Shown here piece by piece: positions 21,201-34,828 of a stretch of 64,000 nucleotides of DNA (within the stretch, counting starts at the first letter, position 1; the number at the start of each line of letters is the position of its first letter). Source of the stretch: Antechinus flavipes (taxonomy: Eukaryota); contig NC_067402.1 in the NCBI RefSeq assembly GCF_016432865.1, positions 16,306,001 to 16,370,000 on the forward strand, given 5' to 3'. The notes under the pieces were generated by a model. That model did not search any database and was not told where the DNA came from. It worked only from the letters and a program-made list of their open reading frames with translations. The position numbers and the translations under genes are program-made.

Positions 21201-24200
21201 GCCAGCACGCAAAGCTCTCTGAGGAGGAGAAGGGGAAAGAGAAGAAGGGAGGTGGGGGTGGAGGGGAAGACATGGGGGGGGGGGAAGGAAAGCTCTCGTT
21301 CTGAACAGATTCTGGGATCACGTAATCACAGAAGAAGCCCGCCTCGGTGTCCGCTCCAAATGCCACAATAATGCGCTGCATTATGTGCTCACGTGGTCAC
21401 GCGTCAACTTAAATCCTTTTATTTGAAATAGGGAATCATTGAAGGAACTAGATTTTCCAGCAGAACAGAACCGGGGTGGGGGTGGGGGGAGAAAAAGAGA
21501 GGAAGAGAGAGATAGAGAGACAAATAGATATNNNNNNNNNNNNNNNNNNNNNNNNNNNNNNNNNNNNNNNNNNNNNNNNNNNNNNNNNNNNNNNNNNNNN
21601 NNNNNNNNNNNNNNNNNNNNNNNNNNNNNNNNNNNNNNNNNNNNNNNNNNNNNNNNNNNNNNNNNNNNNNNNNNNNNNNNNNNNNNNNNNNNNNNNNNNN
21701 NNNNNNNNNNNNNNNNNNNNNNNNNNNNNNNNNNNNNNNAGCAACCAGGAAGTTCGTAGTGCCAGCCGGTACTCTTACTGGGACAACTTCACTCCACTCC
21801 AACCCCGTCCTCCTGCCCTTTGCGCCCCCCCTCCATCTTCACTTTTATTTCTTTACACACACTCCAACTAGAGTTAAGCTTAAAACAACAACAACAACAT
21901 TGCCCTATTCAGTGAGTCCACTCAACTTTTCTAACAGACCCTGCTCCTCTGGTAAGCAAAGGCCACCCCGCATCTTTGGCAGGGCCAGAGCCTCATCTGG
22001 TCCCTGCTCCAATAATAAATCAAAAGGCTGATCCCTTGCTTTCGATAAGGAAACTCCTTAATGAGTCACTTGATTGCCAGACCAGCGTCCCCACAGGCTC
22101 CACTATAACGCTATTGTGTGGAACTTGCTCCACACCCACGCGGTACAACAGAGCGGCCCGGGTGGCTGAAAGGGCCTGTAATTTACCTGACAAAGGCAGA
22201 TGCGTCTCCTGGAAGCTGAGATGTTTTGAGTTGTGGGAGCCCAGGCTCTGAAGGATGTGCCTGACTCCGGTGGGGTGGATCTGAATTTTTCAAACTCTGT
22301 AGGGACCATCCCCGTTGAACCTGGGCTTACGCATTTCCTATGCACAGGCTGAGTGCTACACGAAATTATAGGTTTCTAACGATGAAAAATGCAAAGGGGG
22401 GCGGGGAGAGAATGATCTAATTGTCCAAGAGAAAAAAAAAAAAAAACAACCTTCACTTGTGTCCCTTGAGTTAACCTAGAAAATAAGCTGGTGCCTTATC
22501 TGCATGAATATCCAAAGGGCTTCCCTTAAGACTGTTTAGTCCTTTCCAACATCCATAACGCTTTATCCAATAACAGAGAAAATGATTTAAAATAACGGAT
22601 GTTCCCCCAGCCAAATGAGGCTCATGGAAGGCTCTAAGTCTTCCAGACCTCATCCTTCCACTTTGATGACACTTGGGTCCTTACTGCTCTGATTCTAATA
22701 CTCAGTGACCAGGGTTTAAATAAGAAAATATCTCCAATGCCCTTCTTAACCCTTTCTCTTTTAACTCTGAGGAAACCCCTACTAAGTCCTGGAACTCTGT
22801 TTTTCTACTTTTTGCCCAGTCTCCCTTTCTTACCTTCCTATCTGTAAATAGGACCCAATTTTGGTAACCAGAGACTTCATATTATTTCTCTTTTCTTCCC
22901 AAGGGAAAGAGAGGGAGACTGAATCTATGCGTCTGTAACTATGGGGTAACCAGCCTAGCAAATAAGTCATCTGAACATTTTTAAAAAGGAGTCCTGCCCT
23001 GAAGTCTATCCCTACCTTTAGTGAAAGTGAGTGTGCTCAGCTAGTAACCCCTTTTTCTTGCCTAAGCCCTTCTGTGCCTCCATGGGATATTCTGGTTTAA
23101 CTAGACTGACTCAGTCCAGCTGCAGGAGTGAACTGAAAGTGAAAATGATCACAGCTGGGATTTAAGATTGATTTTAAAAAAATCTTACTTCACTCCCAGG
23201 AAAGATAGTGACACCCTCTTCTCTCCACCCCACATTCTCCCCAATCCTGATAGTTTGCCAAGTCTCTGAAATGGAATATGAGCCTGGAAAAAGTACTGAA
23301 GCTTAATAAAAACAAAACAAAAAGTGTTCTCTACTATGCTGTATCCCCAAGTGGGGGACAGAGGGAGGGCGGTTTCAGACCTTAAGACTCCCAAGCAAAC
23401 AGAAACTCCAACAACCATAAATCACCATCATAAGTCAGAGGTACATCTTCAGTTAAATGCCTTAACGCTAGTGAAAGGGGCTGGATTTCCCAATTCAGGT
23501 CCCCAGAAGGTCCTCATTTCTGTTAACCACTAAGTTAATGCCCAAACTTCTGTTTAACAATTAACATCTTGGAGTGGAGTGGGGCCAGTTTGAAAAAAAA
23601 AAAAAAAAAACTAGGAGGGGATGTCTAATGACTTTCAAGGAAGTAGAACTTGAAGGGGAAATGATTTCCCTGAGGGTGGACTTAAGCAAAAGGATAGTGT
23701 TCTGACTTCTTCCCCATTGGGCTAGGATGCAGATGGCAAGAAAAATCCAACTGAAAATTATGCATTTCTTTTCATTGGGCCTTACAATTCTCAAGTCCTA
23801 GGAAAGGTCTATTATGTATCACACTCAATTCTAATGGAAGAGAGAGAAAAGATTTCAACCTTGTCCCCTTTCATTCCACTGCATCACTCTTGGGACAGAC
23901 TGGAGAAGGGGAAAGTCTTTCTTACTCCTCTCATATTTATATTCCATCCTTCCACAAGAACTAATTCCCTCCTGCCAAACTTCTACATTTTCCTAGAACT
24001 AAACTCTATTGCCCATCTGATTTTGGAGTGAGTGAGGGAAACTTAAGTATGGGTCCAGGCAAATGAAATAACAAAAAGCAATAGAGGTGCCTTATAAAGG
24101 GCAGGGAAACTAATAAGAGACGAGTTTCAGAAGATTTTTACATTCAAATATGACAATTTAATTTCTCCACTATAAATATACTTACAAGATGTTTTCCTTT

Positions 24201-24213
24201 CTGTAGTTAATCT

Positions 24214-24216
<3 letters not shown>

Positions 24217-24284
<68 letters not shown>
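24217..24284. repeat. (TC)34 microsatellite
   Basis: Read directly. Confidence 0.95.
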
Positions 24285-24289
<5 letters not shown>

Positions 24290-25822
24290 CTTTTTTTTTC
24301 TCCCTATCCCTAAGTACCAGGGAAAGAAGTCTCTCTTTTTCTCCTTAAAGTGGGGGAGAGAAGCATCATTATTTATTAGGGATATTTCTTAAGGCACATC
24401 TGCAATGCATCCAGACTCTAAATTTTCTGGGCACTGAAGGTTATGGTAGATTCCTGAAGCTATTTCTTGATATAATGAGAACATTACAATGGGAAAAGTG
24501 CTGATAACTGATATCCTAAATAGATCTGGGTACAGGCACACGACACAAAGTAGTTGATAATAGAGGTGTTTAGATCTACTAAGATACTTCACTTTCTATC
24601 CGATAGAAATCAAACCTCGAACACCAACATATCAGCACAGAGACTGATTCATCATTAAGTTGGAAAGAAGTAATAAACTGATAGAATGGGGGAGGGGAAG
24701 GGAAGGGCAAATGTCAGGGAAGATTTAGGCCTGGGAAATATACAGATAAACAGACTTTTCTGAAACTCCCTATTTGTGCCTAGCTTAAAAGGAGCAATCC
24801 TCCAAAGAACAAAGAGACCATTTCGTGTTCAGCAGCAGCTCTGTGCAAAGAGAGGGTTCTGAGGGCTACCCCAGCCTTCCAATAGACACCCCCCATAGGC
24901 CCTGAATTTATGACCCTTTTACAAGGTAATAAACCACACTAATTACTTTCCTGCATCCCAAACAACTTCAGTAAGAACTTGAAAGGATTCCAGAGAGTTT
25001 TTCCCTTGCCTTAAATATGAAAAGAAAATCCTAAACCCGCTGAAGAGCACTGCATTAGCTTAGCCAATGCGACTTTCTGCCCACTCCGGGAAAGGAATAG
25101 CGGTCACATACACACAGTTGAGAAGGCCTAAACATACAAAATGCCAGTGAGGTCACTGATTTCTGAGTCTAAGAAGGAAAAGTCGGGAAAGGGAAGCTTG
25201 GGGGAAAGTGGGGCCATTGAGACCAGTTTCCTTCAAACTGAATCATGACTCTGATTTTTTCCAGCTCCTAAGCTCCCTCGAAAGGGTCTGCAAAAAGCAA
25301 CCCAGAAAGCAGAACACCCGCTTCCACCTCCATCACCACCCAGTTCCCCCACCATCACCTCCCTCCAAAAGTCCCAGTTGTTTCCAATTGTTTTCACGGT
25401 CCTCACTGGCTGGAAATCGCGGTAGTCCAAGTGGAGGTTTGTTTGAGGCTAGTTGGAAGAAGGAAGCCGACAAGGCTCTAGCTAACCACACCGTACCACA
25501 GCACACCATTTACTCCCATGATCTCTAGCCGCCCCATAATCTAAGCGCTCCTGTACGTACAGCTCCGATTCCTAGACATTCTTTCTCTGTCTAGACCCGG
25601 CATTCGCCGGGGATGGGCGATGAATAGAAACTGGCCAGAAAATTCCAACTGGGTTAAAAATTGATCAGAACTCCTCCCTTCCCCTCACAAGCAGGAGGAG
25701 AAAAAAAGATCTCTCAGCTCCCCCCGACCCCAACCCGCCCTAGACATCCACCCCAAAGGAAAGTCCATGTCAACCCCATTTCAGTGCACGCCACGGAGGT
25801 TAGGCATTTGCAGCTCTCTTAC

Positions 25823-26079
25823 CTCTTCAGATTTGAATCAGATCATGGAATGGCTTCCTGCCCCAGGCGCTCAGTCATCTTTCCCGGTACCCAGGCAGTT
25901 CTGCAGACAAACAGACAGCAGTGGGTGAATCGTGGCTGGGAGGGAAGGGGAGAGTCGGGGGAGTGAGGGGCGTGCAGTACAAGATCGTCCTTCGGTACAT
26001 GGTGAGTTCACAAACAAAAAGTCACCAGATTTTCCTCCCAGATCGACTTTGGTCACCCGATAGGATCTAGCCTACACAT
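25823..26079 (-). other. Candidate non-coding 5' UTR exon of a long HOXA3 transcript
   Basis: Strong donor GAG|GTAAGA at 25823/25822. T-rich acceptor ttattAG at 26081-26080. The acceptor choice is uncertain. Confidence 0.45.
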
Positions 26080-27525
26080 CTAATAATTTAATTATTAAAA
26101 AAAATAAAATAAAATAAACAAATACATTTCCTAGCTCCACACCCATTTTCTTGTGTTTTTTTTTCCTTTCTTTCTTGGGGGCGGGGTTGGAATGGGAAAG
26201 GGCAAGAAAGATGGGTAGAAGAGAGGGAATTCTCTGCCCTCAGCCAGTCTGGGCTCTACCCTATTCTGCCGCCCCTAAATCTGGAGATATGAAAGCATGC
26301 TTGATTTTCAGTTGCTATCAAAGGCTAGCCTTGGGGTTTTCTTTGGGAGTGGGGAGCGTTTGAGTAGAAACCTCCCTAGTCGCTGGAGAAGTTTCTGACT
26401 GGGGCTCCAGTCTACAAGCCGGGCACAGCATTGTGAGCGGGAGTTTTTGTCTTCTGGTTTATTCAAACCCAGCCTTCTTCATCTCTGAGCCAAACGTGTT
26501 TGGGGCCTGACAAGAGGGCCCAGCTGTGCTGGACCTTTCAGACTTTAGACGAACTTCTGCTGGAAACTGGGAAGCCCGAAGCAGCCACTTGAAAAATATT
26601 ATTACAAGACGCCAATGAGGGAGCTCTTTGGATACACCTCCCCGCTTGGAGAACAGGCCAGATGCATGCATTATTTGCAACCAAACTGCACCCCTGAATT
26701 TCTGCCTGGCCAGCAAAGGGCAATGTTGTGAGCATGCAACTTTGAAGAGGGAGGGACGGGAATGGTGGGATCTTCCAGCTCATGCCTTGGAAAGCTCTGA
26801 AGGCTGTCTTGAGAGAACTTCTCGGGAAGAAAGTTTCATTGTGTAGCTTCAGAGTTCCATCCCTTTCAACGTTCCTCTTTCTTTCCAGCCTCCAGTGCGT
26901 GCCCCCTCCCTCCCCAGCCCAGCCCGCTGAGAGAGCTGACTGATCTCCAGCCGTGGCAGTCACTGTCTGACTCTCCCACTGACTGTCCAACAATATTGAA
27001 ATGTGAAAGTTGCCTTCCCAAGACGCTTAGACTGCTCAGTAAGTGGACAGAGCCAGCATTTGACTTGTGCATTGCCATCCCCCCCCTTCTTCTTCACTCG
27101 TCTCGTCCTATTTCCAAATCAGCCTGCTGCTTCCCTCCCTAGTCGCTCTTTGATCTCTTTTGACCTGTAATCAATATTCGGTTAGAAATGGCAATATACT
27201 TTATTGGCAGTCTTTTCCTCCCCCTTTAATATGCCATTTGCATCTGGGAAAGCCACTTCTGGCTACTTCTGTAGCCACACACACTACTCATTGTCTGGCG
27301 CTTCCAGTCAGGACTTCCAACACAACTTCTCCCAGAAAGAAACTGCTAAGTCGCCATTTGCCATGCCATTTATGAGACGGATGACCAAGATAATGATTAT
27401 TGTTATGATTGTCGCTGTTACTTTGTTACCCGAGGAAGTCCAATGCACACGATGGGCTCCCCAACTTGGTACGAATATAAATCATGCCCACTAATGAATG
27501 AATCAGGAAGAAATTTGCCCCTGAC

Positions 27526-27530
<5 letters not shown>

Positions 27531-27594
<64 letters not shown>
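27531..27594. repeat. (CT)32 microsatellite
   Basis: Read directly. Confidence 0.95.
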
Positions 27595-27597
<3 letters not shown>

Positions 27598-29877
27598 GCT
27601 CTCTCTCTTTCTCCCTTTCTCACCCCAAGCCCTCAGAATCAAGAATTGGCTTTATTTTTTTGGCCCTGCTCTCATGGGCTGTGATTTATTAGCTCCAAGA
27701 AAACGGGACAAAGCTTTGCTCCTGCCTTGTAGCAGTCAGCAGTCCACAGAGTGAATGAAAACATTACCAAAAATAATCAGCCCATTCTGACACAAAAGAG
27801 AGACTGTGACCACCACGAGATACCCAAAGCCAAAGGGTTGATCCTGCTCCCCCACTCCCACCCCCCCCATCCACCCATGATCTGCTGTTCCCTCATCCGA
27901 CCCACAGGAAAATATCCGAGGAATGGTCAAATGAGAACGAAGACTACGTGATCCCTCCATACTCACCAGCAGAATCCCTATTGCCCCCTCTTAAAAGAGT
28001 TTAAAGTCTTTCGAGATAAATCTGAGTGTGAATTTTAAATATATATTTGGAAATCTATCAACTAGGAAGTTGGGTTTCACTTGAGAGTATCATTCCTAGT
28101 GAGTGAGATGCTGACGAGCACAGATCCATTCTTGCCTGTCTGCATTAATTATTTAATGAGTCACGTGACGCTCCAAAGCTTACCATTTCAATATCACCCC
28201 CAGAGCAGAGGCAACACCTTTCTCTTCGAGCACTAGCATTTCATTTTTCCTTTCTTAGGCAGCCCCCAGATCTCTAGGACTTGGGGTGACTTTTCCTTCT
28301 GTCTTGAGTGAGCAAGCGGCCATAATCATCGTACTGCCTCCTTCTTAGGTACAACCTGAGTCCTCTGAATCCTACTGGAGATTCTGGGCCAAAGGTTGCT
28401 GCCTTAATGGTGCAGGTTTCTCAGGTTGCCTCTTATAATACGATCTCCAACCTGGAATCTTTAGATCCAGCAAGCCCAAGATGAGTACGTGATGTTGTTC
28501 CTTGGCTTAGCTGCCCTAGTGCCTGGAAAGAATGACTCTCTAGGACCTGGCCATTTTGAATGTAGATTTCTGCACAAATGGGTCAGACATAAACACACAC
28601 ACACACACACACAACACACACACACACACGCTGACAAGCTTGTGTGCTGGCAGACAAAGGACACGTGTGTCTAGATGTGGGCTTCCATAGACACATCCTA
28701 CCTATACAAGATGCAGAAGTCACTACAGAGTTGCAGGCTATTATTAATGCCAAGAAAATGGGGGCGGGGGTAAAATTAGCCATTAATTTTAAGACTGGAC
28801 ATGAGCTGAGTTCATTGTTATGTGACTCTCCAGCTGTAGAGTGACTCTTTCCTCACCCTCTTTTGCCTTTAGATACTGAATAAGAACTATGTCATGCATT
28901 TGATACATTTGCTCTGAGCTCCACATAACATCGTCCAGCCCTGGAGAGTGTGGCTAGGTGCTGGGATCAGTCTCAAGTCACCATAAATACTCTGCCTGGA
29001 GTATGAAGGAATCAGAAACCACACATCCCCTTCGATATCCAAGAAATACCAGAAATTCATCGAAATGGCGAGTGGAATTGTTTTTATACCAGTAGGAAGG
29101 GCCGGGGAATGTAGATTAGGCCTTGGTGTGTGTATGTGGTGTTTTCAATCGAATAAAATGTCAAATAGATCATTATGGGGATGAGGAAGAACAAACCCTC
29201 TGATTCCTTCCCACTTTCTCATAGGAAACCTGAGGTCCCCATTTTCATGACTGATTTTTCAAATTCTCTGAATTTCTAATTGAATTGAATTGAATACAAT
29301 TCAAATAATTGAACTTACAATTCTATTTTAAATCGAGTAAATCTGTTCCCTTATTGTAATGGCTAGAATAAAATGATACAAAGGCTGAAAGATAACAAAC
29401 AATTCTGAGATTTTAAGGGAGGGGTAAGAAGAAAAGGGGGCGAGAAGGATACTGAAGGGAGAGGGGCCAGAACTATGAAGGAGGTTTAAGGTAGAGAGAA
29501 TGAAGAAAAACCCCAGGAGCTCCCCTTGTATAAAATTCAGGAAGCTATGTACAAGGCTCACTTCACCCACCCACCCACCCTAAATGTAATATATCTAGGT
29601 AATCTTCCCATGGAGCTCTATTCTGGGTATTAAGTACTGTACTCTGCCTGTCACAGTTGAATTCCTCCTGTAATAAAACACCGGGTATATCATAGATTTC
29701 AGCAAAAACTAGGAAAGAGAGCTTGCAAACTGCCATTTTCCTTCAGGGGGGAGAGTGTTAAGCACTTGCTTCAAACTGTGACAATTAAAGTGTCTCCGAT
29801 CCGATTTAGGTTGATTTCAGATGTTGACAAAAGTTTTAGCTCTGATGTTCTATGGCTTTCCTCTGTGACTAAAGCTA

Positions 29878-29880
<3 letters not shown>

Positions 29881-29917
<37 letters not shown>

Positions 29918-30080
29918 AGAGGGGGGAGAAGAAAGTAGAGGGAGCAGAGAAAGAGAGGGAAAAAGGAGAGAAACAGAGAAAGAAGAAGGGGGAAAAGGGG
30001 AAGAGAGAGAAAAATAGACAAGGGGAGAGAGACAGAAAGGAGAGAGGGGGAGGGAGGAAGGGAAGAAGAAAGAGGGAGAG
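29881..30080. repeat. (TG)16 followed by a purine-rich low-complexity tract
   Basis: Read directly. Confidence 0.85.
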
Positions 30081-30538
30081 AGTATGGGGATATTTGGAGG
30101 GAGAGGAGAGCTTTAGGGCTTACATAGAATACTATCTTTAAAGGTCAAGGGTCCCCAGGGCCAGTGGGCTTTTCTAAAAAAAACAATTAATGGGATAGAA
30201 AATTTGTCCTCTCAGTGACCTTTTACGGTTGCCGTAGCAAAAGAAGGAGAATGCAAAGGCTTAAACTCCGAAGCAGAATTTCTTAAGTTATTATAACATT
30301 CTGGCTCAAAGGACCAGATTCTGTAACAGACTTAAGTGAAGTGTCAAGTGAAGATAATTATCCAGGTAATTCGAGTTTTTAAAAAAGCCCAGTTGAACGT
30401 AATTATTCAGGCATTTCGGCTCAAAATCTTTAGCTTTAAAAATGGTCTCACCACTCCACCTCATTTTCAGGGTGTCGCTAGATACTCCACCAAAGAGCTC
30501 CCCCCCACACCCACATGCACACTCGATTTCCCCAGAGT

Positions 30539-30540
<2 letters not shown>

Positions 30541-30584
<44 letters not shown>
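30541..30584. repeat. (AC)22 microsatellite
   Basis: Read directly. Confidence 0.95.
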
Positions 30585-30586
<2 letters not shown>

Positions 30587-31740
30587 CCTGTTAATTTCTA
30601 GACACCTCCCAGCCTCAGAACACAAAGGGTAAATAGGAGCATTTACCTTATATGATGATAATCTGCCATAACAGACTGCAGCCAGCTCTTCTTTTCCACC
30701 GAGAGCCTGCATTTTTTTTTTTTTTAGGAGATAGCCAAGATTTTCCATCTTTATATATGACCACATTTTTTCCAGGGACATCCTTTGCTCCTCCACAGAC
30801 TTTTCCAGGAGAATGCCTTTCAGAATTGCTGTTGAATTACAAAGAAGTATTTATTGTATGAGGTGATTAATGATTCTCGGCAAAATTGCTATTTTCAGCG
30901 TGATTTAATTTCGTTTTACAAGTTGGGGGAGGGGAATAAGAAGTTGAAGCCCAGGTTTAGAGCGACCCAGAGCTTCCAGTTCACATCTTATAAAACATGG
31001 TTCACTTTAGGACTTTGGATGACTTCTGAATGTGTTTATTTGTTCCTCCCTAATTTTTAGTGGCAAGATGGGTTTTTTTTTATGGCAGAGAAATGGAAGC
31101 TGCTCTGAGCAATGAGACTGTTGTCTCGTTCTCAGATCTATTTCGTTCATAATTAAAGAGCTGGCAGAATTCGCTTTTAACAAATGATAACATGTAAAAG
31201 AAACATAGCTCTTGCTTTTTAGTTAAGTGTATTAACTACTGATGGGCGAATGTCTTTAAAATGCCTCTGGTCTAATTCTGAAGAGGTTTTCTACTCCCAT
31301 CACCACCCCAGGCCCTGCTCAAACTTTTTCATTAAAAGCCTATCACTCATTGAACACGCAGTCAATTCTAGGATACTCTGATGCTAATGTATTTTCCCTT
31401 TCATATTGCAGAGGGAGTTCCTACATCTGAGGAGCAAGTCTCTAGCATAAGAAAATGACTTGGGATTCCTCTCCAGGTTGGATGATCGCTCCCCTCCTCC
31501 TCCTTTTTTTTGTATGTAGTATTCTGATTGTCTTGATTTACAGGCAGTGAAATCAAGGAAGCTGCCCAGAATCCAGAGTCGTCACCCTGGGACTCCCGCA
31601 ATCTGGGGGGCTAAATATTACTGAGATAGCAACCTTTTGTGGCATCATCTGCCCATCTTTCTGGACCAAAACTTTGGAGGCACACATACTGGCAAATTTA
31701 ATTTAACTCTTTTTCAAACAGTCCCCTCTCCCTCCCCAAA

Positions 31741-31750
31741 TCATAAATCA
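31741..31750 (-). promoter_or_regulatory. Pbx/Hox site TGATTTATGA 3' of HOXA4
   Basis: Exact plus-strand TCATAAATCA. Function is inferred from the motif only. Confidence 0.4.
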
Positions 31751-32025
31751 GTATTTAGCTCACAGAATCTTTAAAAGAGCCAGCTTCCCCCCTCCCCCAT
31801 CCTGATTCCTAAGAAAAGCTTTGTTCGGCAATAAATATCAAAATGATCACTTACTTTCAAGTGTGATTATGGTTGTGTATGTTCGGCCAGGGCAAAACAG
31901 CTGCTGGGAGCCAGGAGCCCTTTTCTATATCTAGTCCTATAGCTATGGAGAAGAATTAAACCTGTGCCAAAGAGCTTCTTTTTCCTTTAAACTTTTCAAT
32001 CGTTCAGGCCAGCCAGGGAAGAAAG

Positions 32026-32027
<2 letters not shown>

Positions 32028-32103
<76 letters not shown>
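32028..32103. repeat. (TC)38 microsatellite
   Basis: Read directly. Confidence 0.95.
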
Positions 32104-32106
<3 letters not shown>

Positions 32107-32357
32107 TGTCTCTTTCTCTGGGTCAGTCTATCTCTATATCTCTCTGCTGTCCTTATCTCTCTTATCTCTCAAGTCGGAGACTTAATAAAACGATTTTGGC
32201 GAGCAGCATTGCATTAGACACAAGACCCCCTTATCTTTCAAACTAGTTGCTCATCCCGATCCAAGGACATATCTTCCTCACCAGAAAGTTTAGGAAACAC
32301 GAGAACCAGTTGTTTTAAGCCTTTAATATCATGGTTTGTTGTTGCTGTTTTACAGGA

Positions 32358-32363
32358 TTTATT
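32358..32363 (-). terminator. Candidate HOXA4 polyadenylation signal
   Basis: TTTATT on the plus strand about 720 nt past the stop. An alternative lies at 32755-32760. Confidence 0.45.
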
Positions 32364-33081
32364 CTCAGCACTTGGCTCTATATACAGTTACACCAAAACC
32401 CACAATTTACAGTCTCACGTGGATCTAAATGGGCCCCCTCTTGCCAGTTAGAGCTGGGCCAGAGAGTAAGACAACAATAAACCTCTAACAATATTTTAAA
32501 TAAATGAGATAAAGAGAAACTAATGTGTCACAAATATCATTAGGGACTATACACCTGGAGACCAATTAAATAACCTTATGACTTTCCAAATGTCCTCTTC
32601 TCTTTTCTGTTCAGAATCAGTTTTTGCAAGCTGCTGGGGGAGAGGGAATACAAGATGGGGGGGGGGGGGAGGAAGGGCCCGGTTCTTTTGTTTGCACTAG
32701 ATGTAGGTGGACATTTCCGAGAACTGCACAACTCCCATCACCACTGGGTAGGACTTTATTTTTTAGCCATTTCAAAAATCCTGCATTCAAAGGCGTCCTT
32801 AGTTAGGTCCCGAACTTCCCCTCCCAGCTCGGTGAGCATTTCCATAAATAAACACTCGCACGGGTAGGCCGGCCAGCCTGCGCTAGGGTCCAGATCCAGG
32901 TGACAACCTGTCCTCTGCCAGAGCTCGCGTCTTCTCTCATTCTCGCTCGTCCTTCTTAGCTACAAATGCGCGGTCGGGGGCTGTGTGGGCGTTTATTTTT
33001 GGTCCAAACCGGGGGAGGGAGAAAGCGGGGCAGAAGAGAAACGGCGGAGGCCGGGAGGGAGGAAAATGGGCCTGCGGACGG

Positions 33082-33422
33082 TTATAGCGCGGAGGAGTTG
33101 GGTGTGGAGGCACCTGGCTGGTGGCGGGGGTGCAGATGCGGCCCGGGAGTCTGTGCCTTGGAGGCCTGGCTGCCTGGGGCCGGAGCCGAGGAGCGCAGCT
33201 TAGTGTTGGGCAGTTTGTGGTCCTTCTTCCACTTCATCCTCCGGTTTTGGAACCAGATCTTGACCTGGCGCTCGGAGAGGCAGAGCGTATGAGCGATCTC
33301 GATGCGCCGCCGCCGGGTCAGGTAACGGTTAAAATGAAACTCCTTCTCCAGCTCCAAGACCTGCTGCCTGGTGTAGGCGGTTCGGGAACGTTTGGGTTCC
33401 CCTCCATTGTAATTGGGGTTGA
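33082..33422 (-). CDS. HOXA4: Homeobox A4, coding exon 2
   Basis: Acceptor ctcAG|TC at 33423/33422. Encodes [75 protein letters not shown], stop TAA at 33082-33084. Confidence 0.97.
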
Positions 33423-33683
33423 CTGAGCGTGCAGGGCCCAGGAGCAGGCGGAGGAGGAAGAAGAGAAGGAGGAAGAGGAAGAACAGAAGGGGGGAGCAAT
33501 TGGACAAGATCGTTATATAATAACCTGACACCAAGTTCACGTAAGAATACATACGGCAAAGAAAATGTTTCACAGGCTATTGACAACGGAAAACAAGCGA
33601 GAGCCATAAAAAATGGTGTTGGGCATTGGGGCTGAAGAAAAGCTTCAAAGACACATGGCCCAGAGCCGCTGCCAGGGCAATTC

Positions 33684-33704
33684 AATTTATGGGGGCTATA
33701 ATTA
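33684..33704 (-). promoter_or_regulatory. HB1 homeodomain-binding element in the HOXA4 intron
   Basis: Minus strand TAATTATAGCCCCCATAAATT, the clustered TAAT/ATAAA arrangement characteristic of Hox4 introns. Confidence 0.7.
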
Positions 33705-33917
33705 CTGCCCTAACAGTTTGGCGTCTCGTAAATCTCCCGATAAAGGGACCCCGGATACAAAAGGTTTCTCACGTTTTGATTAGGTGGCACACACACGCAC
33801 AGTGACCCCCCCCCCCTCCGCTGCCAGGGCAGTAGGTTCCCCTTCCTGCCCCGAGGCCCTCCCAGGCCCCTGCCCCCCCCATCCCCCCGCCCTCGCTGCG
33901 GCCCAGGCGTCGCTCAC

Positions 33918-34521
33918 CGGTGCTGACATGGATCTTTTTCATCCAGGGGTACACCACGGGCTCCTTGCTGCCCTTCAGGCCGCACAGGCTCTTGTCCGCC
34001 AGGAGCAGGGGGCACCCCGGGGGGCTGCCCGCGGCGGCGGGGGCCGCCTCGCTGCGGCGGGGGAGAGCTGGGGGTGGGGGCGCGGGAGGAGCCGGGTGCG
34101 GCTGAGGCTGCGGGGGCGGCAGGACGTGGCTGGCCACGAGCAGAGTCTGGCCGGCGGGGCCGGCGGGGACCGGGGGTGGCGGGGGCGGGGGCTGCTCGTG
34201 CCGGGGCCGGCCGGGGCTGGCGCGGCCATAGCCGTACGGGTAGCGGGCGCCGGCTGCGGGGGTCGCGGGGTAGAGGGCGGCGCTGGGCGCGGGCGCGGGG
34301 TACCCCGGCTCCGGCCCGGCCCGCGGCGGGCGGTAGTAGCCCGGGGGCGAGCGGCCGGCCCCCGGGGGCGGCTGCAGGTGCGGGGACGGCGGGGGCTGCG
34401 GGGGCTGCGGGGGCGGGGGGTAGCCTCCCCCGTCGGGGCCGCCGGGCGCCCCGAACTCTTCGCAGGGCNNNNNNNNNNNNNNNNNNNNNNNNNNNNNNNN
34501 NNNNNNNNNNNNNNNNNNNNN
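33918..34521 (-). CDS. HOXA4: Homeobox A4, coding exon 1 (start codon hidden in N run 34469-34615)
   Basis: Visible PCEEF...KEPVVYPWMKKIHVST, donor ACCG|GTGAGC at 33918/33917. The start at 34521 is inferred by assuming an 18-aa N-terminus (MTMSSFLINSNYIEPKFP) as in human. Confidence 0.9.
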
Positions 34522-34805
34522 NNNNNNNNNNNNNNNNNNNNNNNNNNNNNNNNNNNNNNNNNNNNNNNNNNNNNNNNNNNNNNNNNNNNNNNNNNNNNNN
34601 NNNNNNNNNNNNNNNCCCTCGGGCCCCCCTTCCTCCTCTCCTTTCCTCTCCCTCCCCCGTCCCCCAATGCCTCTCCTCCCCCTTCCCGCACCCTCCCCCT
34701 TCCCCTCCCCCTCCCCCGGCGCTGCAGCGGAGGACAAAGTTCGGGCCCCGTCCCCTCCCCCCATCCGTCCCCCTCCGCACCTTCGGGCCCCCCCCGCCCT
34801 CCCCG

Positions 34806-34828
34806 CACGTGACCCGTTACTGGCCAAT
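34806..34828. promoter_or_regulatory. HOXA4 promoter E-box and CCAAT
   Basis: CACGTG at 34806-34811 and CCAAT at 34824-34828, a 12-bp spacing typical of USF/NF-Y modules. Confidence 0.55.

Noticed and set aside
27418-27754. ORFs with ERERER, SLSLSL, HTHTHT or CVCVCV runs here and elsewhere
   Set aside because: These are translations of dinucleotide microsatellites.
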